Shown here one piece after another: positions 41,516-52,108 of a stretch of DNA of 64,000 nucleotides. This DNA is from Candidatus Nanoarchaeia archaeon. Lineage in GTDB: Archaea > Nanobdellota > Nanobdellia > Pacearchaeales > GW2011-AR1. The stretch is from contig DATDSF010000038.1 of NCBI GenBank assembly GCA_035291345.1, positions 23,845 through 87,844 on the forward strand, given 5' to 3'. Every line of letters starts with the position of its first letter. Position 1 is the first letter of the stretch. Below the pieces are notes generated by a model that had not been told where the DNA came from, ran no database searches, and worked only from the letters and a program-made list of their open reading frames with translations. Both the position numbers and the translations under genes were made by a program.

Positions 41516-42907
41516 TTGAACACGAAAGAATTAAAAGATAAAGTAAAGATTGAAGATATCATATCTCAATATATAAAGATTGAGCGTGACTCAAACTATT
41601 CTGACATGAGGGCACAATGCCCATTCCATGAGGGAGATCAAAATCCCTCTTTTAGTGTAAATGGTGTTAAACAACTTTTTTATTGCTTTGGGTGTAAAAA
41701 AGGTGGCGATGTATTTAAGTTTGTAGAATACATTGATAAAATTAATTTTCAAGAAAGTATAAAAAGAGTAGCAAAACTTGCAGGTATTGAAGTTGAACTT
41801 GGAGATCTAGATTTACTTAATCAAATCACTGAATATTACCACGAGCAGATCAATCTACCAAGAGGTATTAAGTTTTTAGATGATAGAGAAATTCCCGATG
41901 AGATGGCTATTGAATTTAAACTCGGCTATGCAAATGAAAATCTTTATGCTCTTTATAATGCTTTTCCAGATTTTAAACAACAGTTGATAGATTTAAACTT
42001 CATTGATTCAAAATATGCAGGAACAGTAAACGAGATAAATCCTTCTAGATTTTCAAACAGGATTATGATTCCTATTACGTCGAACATTGGTACCATTGGA
42101 TTTTCTGGCAGAACTTTAATTGACAGTGAAGATAAATATAAAAATATTAAAAATAATCGTTTCTTCAATAGGAGAGAAATGGTATTTGGTTTACCTCAAG
42201 CAAGAAAATCTATTATTGAGATGGGAAACTGCTATTTAGTAGAGGGCTTTCTTGGGAAAATAAGAATGCATCAAAGACATTATTTTAATACGGTTTCTAT
42301 CTTTGGTTCTGCATTAACTATTGAACAAGCAAGACTTATAAGGAGATATACTAATAAAGTAACATTTTTATTTGATGGAGATGAGGGAGGTTTTACAGCT
42401 TGTATGTTTTCTGCTAAGTCATGTATTATGGCAGGTTTAGATTTTGATATATTAATACTTCCAGATGGATTAGATCCTGATGATTATCTAAAAAAGTCAA
42501 AAAATAAAATAGAAACATTAGATAGTATTGATAAAGTAATCTTCTTGAAAGAAGTATTTATTAAATCAGATATACTAGATTGTGTTGAGAAAGCAGATAA
42601 TATTGAAAAAATTCCAGTTGATATTATTGATGGCTTTAAGATTAATTTGGATATGGTAAGGAAAAACAGGACTACGTCAATTGTCAAAAACTACAATATG
42701 AAAAATCTGACAAAATTCTCCCACATGTTAATGCTTATTGAATCACACCCAAAACTTGAAGTTTTATTAACTGATGAAGAAAGAGTAGAAATTGATAAAG
42801 AAAAAAATAATATGGATTTATTAGAAAATATAATAGATGGTAATAATTTTTATACTAAAGTCAAAGATCCAGAAAAACTATTTAACACAATGAGGAACTC
42901 AAAATGA
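41516..42907 (+). CDS. dnaG: DNA primase
   Basis: CPFH...CFGC zinc finger, FSGR, VEG, FDGDEGG TOPRIM, DPDD. Confidence 0.95.
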   Translation: MNTKELKDKVKIEDIISQYIKIERDSNYSDMRAQCPFHEGDQNPSFSVNGVKQLFYCFGCKKGGDVFKFVEYIDKINFQESIKRVAKLAGIEVELGDLDLLNQITEYYHEQINLPRGIKFLDDREIPDEMAIEFKLGYANENLYALYNAFPDFKQQLIDLNFIDSKYAGTVNEINPSRFSNRIMIPITSNIGTIGFSGRTLIDSEDKYKNIKNNRFFNRREMVFGLPQARKSIIEMGNCYLVEGFLGKIRMHQRHYFNTVSIFGSALTIEQARLIRRYTNKVTFLFDGDEGGFTACMFSAKSCIMAGLDFDILILPDGLDPDDYLKKSKNKIETLDSIDKVIFLKEVFIKSDILDCVEKADNIEKIPVDIIDGFKINLDMVRKNRTTSIVKNYNMKNLTKFSHMLMLIESHPKLEVLLTDEERVEIDKEKNNMDLLENIIDGNNFYTKVKDPEKLFNTMRNSK

Positions 42908-43362
42908 GTAGAATCACAAGACAGGATTATTTTATGGCTATTGCACAATTAACAGCATTAAGAGGAACTTGTAATAGATTACAAGTTGGTTGTGTTTTAG
43001 TAAATGATAATAGAATTGCTTCTGTGGGATATAATTCATCAGTAAAAGGCACAGCTCATTGTATAGATGTAGGCTGTTTAATGGTTGATGGGCATTGTAA
43101 AAGATGTCCTCATGCTGAAGTAGCAGCAGTTGCTAACCTAACAAGAAGATATCCTCAACTAAAAGCATATATAACACATCAACCTTGTTTAGATTGTCTA
43201 AAATTACTTGTAACTGCAAATGTAACAGAAATATATTATATTAAGGAATATCAATCTGCTGAAAGAAACAGAGTACTTGATGAAATCTCTCAAGCTCATC
43301 CTAATTTTATTATGCAACAAATTATCCCAATAACTAATCTTTTATTAGGTAGTTCTAGGTGA
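42904..43362 (+). CDS. dCMP deaminase
   Basis: HAE...PCLDC zinc deaminase motif, VGCV, GYN. Confidence 0.92.
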   Translation: MSRITRQDYFMAIAQLTALRGTCNRLQVGCVLVNDNRIASVGYNSSVKGTAHCIDVGCLMVDGHCKRCPHAEVAAVANLTRRYPQLKAYITHQPCLDCLKLLVTANVTEIYYIKEYQSAERNRVLDEISQAHPNFIMQQIIPITNLLLGSSR

Positions 43363-43630
43363 AAAGGTATCTTGTAGTAGTTATAAAGAATAAAAAACCT
43401 ATCACAGTAATAAATTCTTTTCTTGAAAAAGAAACTAAAATTGATGAGTTAGGAGAGATAAGTTATATTTATTATATTAATTTTGAAAATCAAAAACATG
43501 TAGTTAAGTCTGCTACTATTGATTTGTCGAAAATTCCTTGTTGTAAGTTTAAAAATCTATACATTGAAATAATAGAAGAGTTTAAAAATGACAGTTAATG
43601 AATGGTTAAATCAGCCTAAGGTAAATAAAG

Positions 43631-44401
43631 ATGTCTGAAGATCAAATACCAAAAAAGATTTACGATGTATTAAAAAAATTAATGAATCTAAAAGAAGGTG
43701 CAGAAAAAATAGGCTCAATTCATGAAGCAGAGAATGCTGCAGCCAGAATTAATGAAATTCTTCTTAAATATAACTTAGAGCTTTCTGAAATTAAATTTTC
43801 AGAGAAATCAAAGATTGAATATGATGAAACAGCTTTACCAGGTATTGTATTTGAAGATGGAATATTTAAAAATAAACGTAAAAATGAAGGTAATTGGGTT
43901 CAACTTCTATATATGATCATTAGTAAACATAATTTATGTAAAGTAGTATTTTCCACTAGAAAGAATTTTATTTTTGGAGTAATGATTTTTGGTAAAAGAG
44001 TGAATATTGAAATAGTTAAATACTTAATTGGTTATCTTGAAGTTGTATTATTAGAGCTAGCAAAAACCTCTTGGAATACTCATTCATTATCAAATACTAG
44101 TGATACTAAAAATACTTATATAAGATCTTTTCTTCAAGGAGCTGTGATGGGGATTAATAAAAAACTTACAGACGAAAAGAATAGAATGATGGCAGAATCA
44201 AATATAATGACTTCTTTAATTAAGAGAGAAGATATTGAAATTGATGCAGTAATTAATGCCCAATTAAAAGACCAAAAAGAAAAAAAGATGCAAACTTCAT
44301 CTTCAAATAATGGATTAAAACATGGATTTGAAGCTGGGAAAGCTATACAGCTTAATAAAGGATTGCATACAAATAGTCAAAACTCAAAAATGATTAACTG
44401 A
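43631..44401 (+). CDS. DUF2786-containing protein
   Basis: LKKLMNL...HEAENAAARINEILLKYNL; SFLQG; GFEAG. Confidence 0.75.
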   Translation: MSEDQIPKKIYDVLKKLMNLKEGAEKIGSIHEAENAAARINEILLKYNLELSEIKFSEKSKIEYDETALPGIVFEDGIFKNKRKNEGNWVQLLYMIISKHNLCKVVFSTRKNFIFGVMIFGKRVNIEIVKYLIGYLEVVLLELAKTSWNTHSLSNTSDTKNTYIRSFLQGAVMGINKKLTDEKNRMMAESNIMTSLIKREDIEIDAVINAQLKDQKEKKMQTSSSNNGLKHGFEAGKAIQLNKGLHTNSQNSKMIN

Positions 44402-44452
44402 TGATTTATATTTGTTAAGTTAATAAAATAATTGTTCTATTCAAGGATTAAT

Positions 44453-47449
44453 ATGAGAACTCCACAACAATTTTACTATGATTTACCTCACTTACTTAAA
44501 TCAACATTTAAAGAATATAAGTATAAATCTTATGAAAAAGAAAAACAATCTAGAAGAGATAAAGCAAAGATCAATGAAAAAGCTCAAGAATCATACCTTA
44601 GTTTACTAGGATTTGAACCCACAGAATTTCATTTTGATGAAGAACCTTCAGTTTGTGATGGCTGTCCATTCTATAAAGATGCAAAATACCATAAGTTTTC
44701 TCCTTCATATGGTTCTTGGTTTAATCTTAATGCTGTTGATTCTCCAATTGAGTTTATTTTTATCACTGATAAAGGAGCATTAGTTCAACACGTCGGAAAA
44801 GCTTTAATGCTCACTAAAGGGAATGATGGTCAAAATTTTATTCAAGCATTAAATGACCTTGAGATGACTAATTATGCAATTACCTCTATACATTTATGTA
44901 GAGGTGAATCGAGTAAATTCAATAAAGATGCTTCAAATCATTGTAGACCTTATTTAGAAAATTTCATAATGCATATAACAGAACTAAATGCAAATCTTGG
45001 AGCAGAACCTCCAATATTAATTCTATGTGGTAATAATGCTATTGAACAAGTGACAAAAAAGAAACTAAAAGTGGATGGTCATCTTAATACAAAGTTTGAA
45101 TCAAAAGATTATAACTTCTTACCAGAACTTAATTTATCTTTCTATATAACTTACCACCCTTCATTTTTTAATCCTGGTACTAAATTTTATGATGAGTTAA
45201 AAATTCAGCTTTTTATGGATTCAATGGAGAATAGGCTAATTGGATTTACTCCTGACATTCCAAAAGGTACATATAAAATTATTGATAATATTAATGATTT
45301 TAAGTCTCTAATGTTAAGTATGAAGCAAAGCGAATTACTATCAACTGATATTGAAACATCTGGTTTTAATTATAAAGAATTTATAACTATAAAAGATAAA
45401 AAAAGAAAAGGTTATAAGGAAAGAGAATATGGTTCTCATAAAGATTTCATAATTGGTATTTCATTCTCAAATAAGCATGGAGAAGGTTTTTATGTACCTC
45501 TCTATGTTAAAGGCAAGATCTTAAAAGAATATGTAGATCATGATCCGGAATTAGCATACCTTGAAGATGAACAATTCTACTTCATTTTTGGTGATGACAT
45601 CGATGAAGTAATCTCACTTTTGAAAGATTTACTTGAAGATGAAAAGATCAAAAAAGTATTGCATAATGGTAAATTTGATGCTACTTTCTTACAAGTTCAA
45701 TTTGGAATAGTAATAAAGAATTTCTATTGTGATACAATGATTATGACATATATAATCAATGAAAACAAAGAAAAATCGCTTGATTTTCTATCAGCAAGAT
45801 ATCCAGATTTAGCCGGATACAAAAATGAAGTCTACAGTAATCTTACTGAAGAAAAGAAAGAAGTTGAAAACTATTCTGATATTGGATTAAATAAGTTAGG
45901 TATTTATGGTGCAAAAGATGCTGATGCTACATTACGAATATTTAATGAAGGCATGGAAGAGATTGATAAACTTGAAAAGAAATATCATGGAGCAGCATTA
46001 TTAAAACAATACTTATTTGATTTTTACATGCCTCTTCAAAAACATTATATGGATGCTGAAATTGAAGGAGTATACTTTGATAGAGAATATGCTACAAGAA
46101 CTGCTGAAGAATATAAAGATAGAATGGAAGAATTGGAAGAGAATATTTTTAAGCAAGTAAAACCTATTATTCCAGAACCTCTTGATGAATCCGGTAAGTT
46201 ATTTAATATAAATTCTTCTAACCAATTAAAGATAGTTTTATTTGAGAAGTTAGATTTTGAACCTGTAAAACCAACTAATGCTGCAATAGATAAAGGTCTT
46301 TATAAAAAATCAAAAGGAAAATATAACAAAGTCATTGACAGTGATGATGCTTCAACAGATCAAGATACATTAAAACAATTATTAGAATTCTCATATAACA
46401 AAGTTGAATCAATCAGTTCATCACCAGAAGATAAAGAAGAATATCAATTAAGAGCAACTTTATTAGAAGATATTCTTGAGTATAAGAAAAAAGCAAAAAT
46501 GATAAATACTTATCTTGAAGGTAAAAAATTATTATCAAGACTAGATGAATCGACTAATAGATTACATTTCTCAATGAAAGTAGTTGGCACTACATCTGGA
46601 AGATTAAGTTCAACCCCAAATGTACAAAATTTACCCAAGAAAACGCCTAAATCAAATATTAGAGGTATATTTGCCCCACCATCTGATGAATATAAATTTT
46701 TCTCAGCAGATCTTTCACAAGCAGAATTAAGATTAATGGCAGATCACGCACAAGACTTTAATATGTTAGATGATATTGAAGCTGGAAGAGACATTCACTG
46801 GATGGCAGCTCTTGATTTATTTTATCATGGACAAAATCTTGAATATGATTCTAAAGATCCTCAAATGAAAAGATATAGAAAACTTACTAAACTTTGTAAT
46901 TTTGGTGGTCTATATGGTGGTTCTGATGATAAAAAAGTTTCTTCAATTAATGAAAAACTTGAAAGAGGTGAAGAGAAAGTCGATTTAACATTAGCAGCAG
47001 ACCATTCAAAGTGGTTCTGGAGCCGGTACCATAGAACAGCTGAATTTCAATCTGAAGTTAGAGATTTTGCACTGTCCACAGGGTTCTTAATTTCAAAATT
47101 AGGTAGGATTAGACGATTACCAGAAGTTAATTCCACAAATAATGCTGCTTGGGAAGAAGCTTTTAGACAGGGTATTAACAGCATCATTCAAGGAGCAGCA
47201 AGTGATATTGCTCAATGTGGCTTCATGAGAATTAGAGAATATTTCAAGGATAATCAATTAAAATCCTGTTGTCTGTTCACTGTCCATGATGAAGCAGATG
47301 GATACTTACATGTTAATGAGATTGATATGCTTAAACCAATTATACCTAATTTAATGGTAGTGAAAGATACAAAATGGTTACCACTTGATAGAATTAAAGT
47401 TAAGTTAGAATCTGAGCTTGAAATATTCAAAAATAGATTTGGAGAATAA
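44453..47449 (+). CDS. polA: family A DNA polymerase with N-terminal uracil-DNA-glycosylase-like domain and 3'-5' exonuclease
   Basis: CDGC...LCR...HC and TYHPS (family 4 UDG-like); DIETSG, HNGKFD, YGAKDA (exonuclease); TSGRLSS, DLSQAELR, KLCNFGGLYG, VHDE. Confidence 0.93.
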   Translation: MRTPQQFYYDLPHLLKSTFKEYKYKSYEKEKQSRRDKAKINEKAQESYLSLLGFEPTEFHFDEEPSVCDGCPFYKDAKYHKFSPSYGSWFNLNAVDSPIEFIFITDKGALVQHVGKALMLTKGNDGQNFIQALNDLEMTNYAITSIHLCRGESSKFNKDASNHCRPYLENFIMHITELNANLGAEPPILILCGNNAIEQVTKKKLKVDGHLNTKFESKDYNFLPELNLSFYITYHPSFFNPGTKFYDELKIQLFMDSMENRLIGFTPDIPKGTYKIIDNINDFKSLMLSMKQSELLSTDIETSGFNYKEFITIKDKKRKGYKEREYGSHKDFIIGISFSNKHGEGFYVPLYVKGKILKEYVDHDPELAYLEDEQFYFIFGDDIDEVISLLKDLLEDEKIKKVLHNGKFDATFLQVQFGIVIKNFYCDTMIMTYIINENKEKSLDFLSARYPDLAGYKNEVYSNLTEEKKEVENYSDIGLNKLGIYGAKDADATLRIFNEGMEEIDKLEKKYHGAALLKQYLFDFYMPLQKHYMDAEIEGVYFDREYATRTAEEYKDRMEELEENIFKQVKPIIPEPLDESGKLFNINSSNQLKIVLFEKLDFEPVKPTNAAIDKGLYKKSKGKYNKVIDSDDASTDQDTLKQLLEFSYNKVESISSSPEDKEEYQLRATLLEDILEYKKKAKMINTYLEGKKLLSRLDESTNRLHFSMKVVGTTSGRLSSTPNVQNLPKKTPKSNIRGIFAPPSDEYKFFSADLSQAELRLMADHAQDFNMLDDIEAGRDIHWMAALDLFYHGQNLEYDSKDPQMKRYRKLTKLCNFGGLYGGSDDKKVSSINEKLERGEEKVDLTLAADHSKWFWSRYHRTAEFQSEVRDFALSTGFLISKLGRIRRLPEVNSTNNAAWEEAFRQGINSIIQGAASDIAQCGFMRIREYFKDNQLKSCCLFTVHDEADGYLHVNEIDMLKPIIPNLMVVKDTKWLPLDRIKVKLESELEIFKNRFGE

Positions 47450-48740
47450 AATGTCAAGAAAAGATAATATAGCAGACATAAGAAGCAATTTTATAGCAAA
47501 GACCTTTAGAGGCCAGAAAGTTAAAGCTATAAGTCCTGCAGGTATTTCTGGAGGATTAAGTCTTTCTTATGAAAGAGGTAAACAAGAAGGCATTTATATT
47601 AGCTATCGATTCTTAAAAAAGATTAATAAAGAAATTGCTACAAAATTATTTGATGCTTTAATATATGAAGATGGGAGAAAGAGGTAAATATGTCACTTAA
47701 ATCTGAATTAATTGAATATTTTAGTGAAGGTAGACATAATTATGACCAAGAAGAGATTAAAACTGTCTTATCAATTATAAAACGTGGGAATGATGACTTA
47801 AGTAATTATCAAGATTTAGATGGATTAGATAGAAATTTGATTTGTAGGCTTTTAGAAGATGATGAAAAAGGTATTGAGCTTTATAATAGAGTTAAAATTA
47901 AGTATGAACATAAAGATGATAGATTAAATAACTTATTTGATGAGTAATAAAATGAATTTAAAAGAATATTCAAGAGAAGAAGTTTTAGAAATTGTAATAG
48001 CATCAATTCCTTTGCCTAAGCATATGGAGCAGATTAAAATAAGTGAGCGTCAAGAAGGTATCAGTTTTATCTGGTGGCAAAGTCACTATATAGTATCAAC
48101 TCAATTAAAAGTATCTATTATTGATGGTATTATGATTGGCGGAGGACCAAAAGCTATGCTAATGGAAGCATTAATTAAAGAGATTGCATATAAAAGAGAG
48201 TTAGCAAAATCTTTAGGATTATCACTATGAGAGATTTAAATATGCTAGAAGTATTTAAAAAAATGTATGGGAATAATGATCCTAATCTTAATATAGATTT
48301 ATTACATTATCATGCGTGGAAAATGGAAGAGATGGTTCCATATAGAAGTGGTGCTACCACTGCTGAACTTATGAATCTAGTTAATGTAATTATGAATAAT
48401 AGTAATGAAAATATAATTATCATATCTGATCACTCTATAAATGATTTATTAAATGAGATTATAAGACTTTTTGATATGTATAGTATTGAAATCTTAAATA
48501 TTAATACATATGCTCAGTTTAAAATTCTCATTAAGCATCAAGGACATGTCTGCAGAATACATTGGATTAGACATGATAGACCAGAAAATATTAGAGGTAT
48601 GAATAAAGAATGGCCTATAGTACTGATTTTTAGAAATAGGATTGAAAAGATTCAATTTATTTATAAGATGGAGAGATTTTTATAGATGAAACTGATGAAT
48701 TATATTTGTTTTAACAATTAACAAAAATAATTCGGGAGAA

Positions 48741-49757
48741 TTGAATATGTTAGACTTACAAGAAGATGATCATTTTTCTACAAAAAGCTATGATGAAGCT
48801 TTAGCTTATGCAGAAAAATCTACTGATTATGAAAAAGCCCAATTACTTTTTAGAGATTTGAAAATTACTGATAATGGAGAATTAACTCTTCAAGGAAATC
48901 CTTTCAAAATCTCTGAAAGCGGATTTATGAATCTGTGCTCAACTCTCAAAATTCCTTGGGGTTATGCAAAGATGGTTCCAACCGATCAACTAATCTTTGA
49001 TGTTAACAGGCTTTCAAAAGAAAGAGAACTTGACAGACTGGACACTTACTTCAAACCTGAATCTGAAACCATCATTGATATGAATGACAACTCACGCTTA
49101 ACAAACATTTCTAATTTTGCCTTCATTAATAAGATTAAGGAAGGTTCAAGGTTTATGTTCACCAATCATTGGTTGAAAATGGAAATCATACCTGAAAACG
49201 GATTAGAAGTTGCATCTGTGGGTGATATCCATAAAATTGGTTCTTCAATAATGCACTTCCCAACTTGTTCATCTGTAACTCAAGCTTTCATGGAACTTTG
49301 GACTTTGAGGTGTACAAATGGAGCAATTGCTCCACGTAGCATTGGAAGAGAAAAATTGAATCTTAAATCAAGAAATGATGTAAATACATTACTTGAAGCT
49401 TTCATTGAAAAGGTTAAAAAGATGGTTTTAAGTAAAGAAGAGCTTGAAAATGCCTTTAAATATCTTGATGAAAATATGATTGAGTTTGCAGCTTTGAAGA
49501 AAATTGATAAAAGATTTTCAAGAATTATTGGTGATGACACTCAGCTTCTTATGGGAAGCGCAATTTACAATGAGTATGCCATGATCAGTGAAAAATCTGA
49601 GGAAGATGAAGAAAGGTTGCTTACTCACTCACAATATGATCTCTACTATAATATTACTAATTATGGTAGTAATCTTACAAAAGATGCTGGAATTTCAAGA
49701 AAAGTTCAAACTTTTGCTGGTAATCTATTATTTAATGCTTTAGATGAAGCAGAATAA
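48741..49757 (+). CDS. DUF932-like protein
   Basis: LCSTLKIP, LRCTNGAI, YDLYYNIT. Confidence 0.6.
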   Translation: MNMLDLQEDDHFSTKSYDEALAYAEKSTDYEKAQLLFRDLKITDNGELTLQGNPFKISESGFMNLCSTLKIPWGYAKMVPTDQLIFDVNRLSKERELDRLDTYFKPESETIIDMNDNSRLTNISNFAFINKIKEGSRFMFTNHWLKMEIIPENGLEVASVGDIHKIGSSIMHFPTCSSVTQAFMELWTLRCTNGAIAPRSIGREKLNLKSRNDVNTLLEAFIEKVKKMVLSKEELENAFKYLDENMIEFAALKKIDKRFSRIIGDDTQLLMGSAIYNEYAMISEKSEEDEERLLTHSQYDLYYNITNYGSNLTKDAGISRKVQTFAGNLLFNALDEAE

Positions 49758-49762
49758 ATAAT

Positions 49763-49795
49763 GGCTTCCAATTGAACCTCCCGCTGTTGGAAGCC
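49763..49795 (+). terminator. hairpin with C-rich loop
   Basis: GGCTTCCAA-ttgaacctcccgctg-TTGGAAGCC followed by TAATTTTT. Confidence 0.5.
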
Positions 49796-51074
49796 TAATT
49801 TTTAACTTACAGAAGGATAAAATTAGATGAAAGAATTAGAATTATTTCATAGTTATTTAGTAAAAGATATTATCAATCAAGATAATGGTATTGAAAAGTT
49901 TCATGTGGGTGAAATGACTGTTACTTCTTATCACATAAGTATTATCAAAACTTCACTTGGACCTCATAATAATTTTTGGATTTTAAAAGTAGATTTTGAA
50001 AGTAATTATGTAATTATTGAGGATTTAGGAAATGGATCTATCTAAAATAGATATGAACTCAAATGCCCATATCATTGCTCTTTATGGTAAAGAAGAAAAA
50101 GGTTTACTAAATATAAAAAGATCTTATGGCTTTATATGGTATTCGGTGGGAAAAAAAGCAAAGATTATTAAAAGAACTGAATACATACTTGATGACAATG
50201 CTTTAATGGAGAAGGCATTAATAGAATTTTTCAATGTTTTTGAGTTGATAAAGCATAAAATGGTTACAAAGAAGCTTATATTCTCTATACCAGCCAATAC
50301 AGAAATTGACCCTGATTGTATGAGTCAGAATATTGCTCATGCCATAAGATTAGGATTTGATATTACATTTGAAGAGTCTCATTCATGGACACAAGAAATA
50401 ATAAGTGATGTTTACAAAGCTAATACAGAGTATAAAGAAATAAATGATTTTAATGATAAGAAAAGAATATTGTCTGTATGTGATGAATCATCAATAGATA
50501 AAGATCTTATTGATTCTGGATTTGAACTTCGTCAATATATATCTAAGCATGAATCTGGAATACCAGGAATTGAAAAGAAAATATTGTTCGTAGAAGATTT
50601 AGCTTCTCAAGATAAATATATTATTGAATCAAATATTATGTGGCCATTGTATACTGAGGAATTAAATGACTTAATGAGACGCACTTGCATGATGATTAGA
50701 GATAGTGAGATAGTAATAATGGTTTCTAGTATTGTGAACCCATCGGACGGCGAATTTATTGATGGTTATCATACTGCTATTTATGCTTTATGTACTTCAA
50801 TGAGTAAGAAAGTATTAGTTTATGATGTTGCTACTCAAAAATGGTATTCGGAGTCAACTTCTTCTAAAAGAGAATTAGTTAGGACATCAATTAAATCAGT
50901 CGCACAATATAATTTAATTGGATTTAGTTCTTTATTTAAACCCTATGCATTATGTAGAGAAACAGTAAAAAAATTCTTAAAAGAATTAAAGATGTAATAT
51001 ATTTATTTTGTCAATTTTTTTCTACAATTAATTATAAATTTAGTATAAATTGGGTATAAGCTGGATATAAACTA

Positions 51075-51656
51075 ATGAGTCAACAAAGAAGTATAAATAC
51101 TTTTCGTTTTGGGGCTTTGAAAAACCAACCTGATGATATCTCTACTATTAAGCTTAAGCCAGTAAATATTGAAGAATTATTTGCTACTCATAATTTAAGT
51201 AAGCTCCATTTATATCTTGATGGTAATGATTATGAAATGGATATTGAAAATTACCTTAGAATTGGTAATATGAATAGAGATTCTGATGTTGACCTTGAGA
51301 AAAAAGCAGAAGAAATCAGTGCTATAAGATATACTATGACAGCATCTGAAGCTGATTTAGCAGAGCTAATTGAAGAACTAATAGATGAAATGGAATCTGC
51401 TAAAGCTTTCAAAATGAATCAACTAGCCTCAACTTTTACGAAACCTACTGATAAAATGATTTATAATCAATTCATCATGACCGAAGAAGGAAAAACTTTC
51501 TTAAAACAAAAGAAATTAATAGGAAACTATAAAAATTCACTTCATAGAATAAAAGGACTTCAATTCATTCTTGCTGAAAGAGTTAAGATTTTAGAAGGCA
51601 TGCTTGATAGAAGATATTTTACTAAAAAGGGAAAAGGTAAAGATGGCTCAATCTAG
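51075..51656 (+). CDS. coiled-coil protein, possibly a UvsY-like recombination mediator
   Basis: KPTDKMI motif, helical; upstream of SSB-RecA. Confidence 0.4.
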   Translation: MSQQRSINTFRFGALKNQPDDISTIKLKPVNIEELFATHNLSKLHLYLDGNDYEMDIENYLRIGNMNRDSDVDLEKKAEEISAIRYTMTASEADLAELIEELIDEMESAKAFKMNQLASTFTKPTDKMIYNQFIMTEEGKTFLKQKKLIGNYKNSLHRIKGLQFILAERVKILEGMLDRRYFTKKGKGKDGSI

Positions 51657-51942
51657 TGTAGACCAGTATTTATTAGACCTTGAAAAGTTTAAACCAATCT
51701 TCAAGATACAAAACTTTTTTACTCTTTTAGACAGAAGAGATAAAGTTCTTGGTGCACCTTTCTCTGTTACAGCTAAAAATATTAATTTTGAATGCAAATA
51801 TGCAAGGAGACAAAAACTAACAGCTCATGATGGTTATGGTTACTTTTGTGTATTTGATGATCATATTGATGAGTTTACAACTACAGGTGCAAAAATAATT
51901 TCATGTGCAAATTGCTTAAATCATAATAAATAAGAATTCTAT

Positions 51943-52008
51943 ATGAGAGACCCAGCAGGAAAACTAGTTTTAATATTCTTATTTCTTATTTCTTATTTCT
52001 TACTTTAA
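51943..52008 (+). CDS. possible 21-aa hydrophobic peptide built on a 7-bp tandem repeat
   Basis: MRDPAGKLVLIFLFLISYFLL; (TTCTTAT)x3+TTCTTAC at 51976-52003. Confidence 0.3.
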   Translation: MRDPAGKLVLIFLFLISYFLL

Positions 52009-52108
52009 TATTCAGGTTTGCAGAAATAAAGATAAGAGTTTATATCTGTTTAACACTAGTATTATTATTCTTTATCTTGAATAACTAACAATCAAAAGGA
52101 GGCCTTAA

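Noticed and set aside
48227..48685. Terminase/P-loop ATPase
   Set aside because: RSGATT lacks the Walker A lysine and the ORF is too short to support the call
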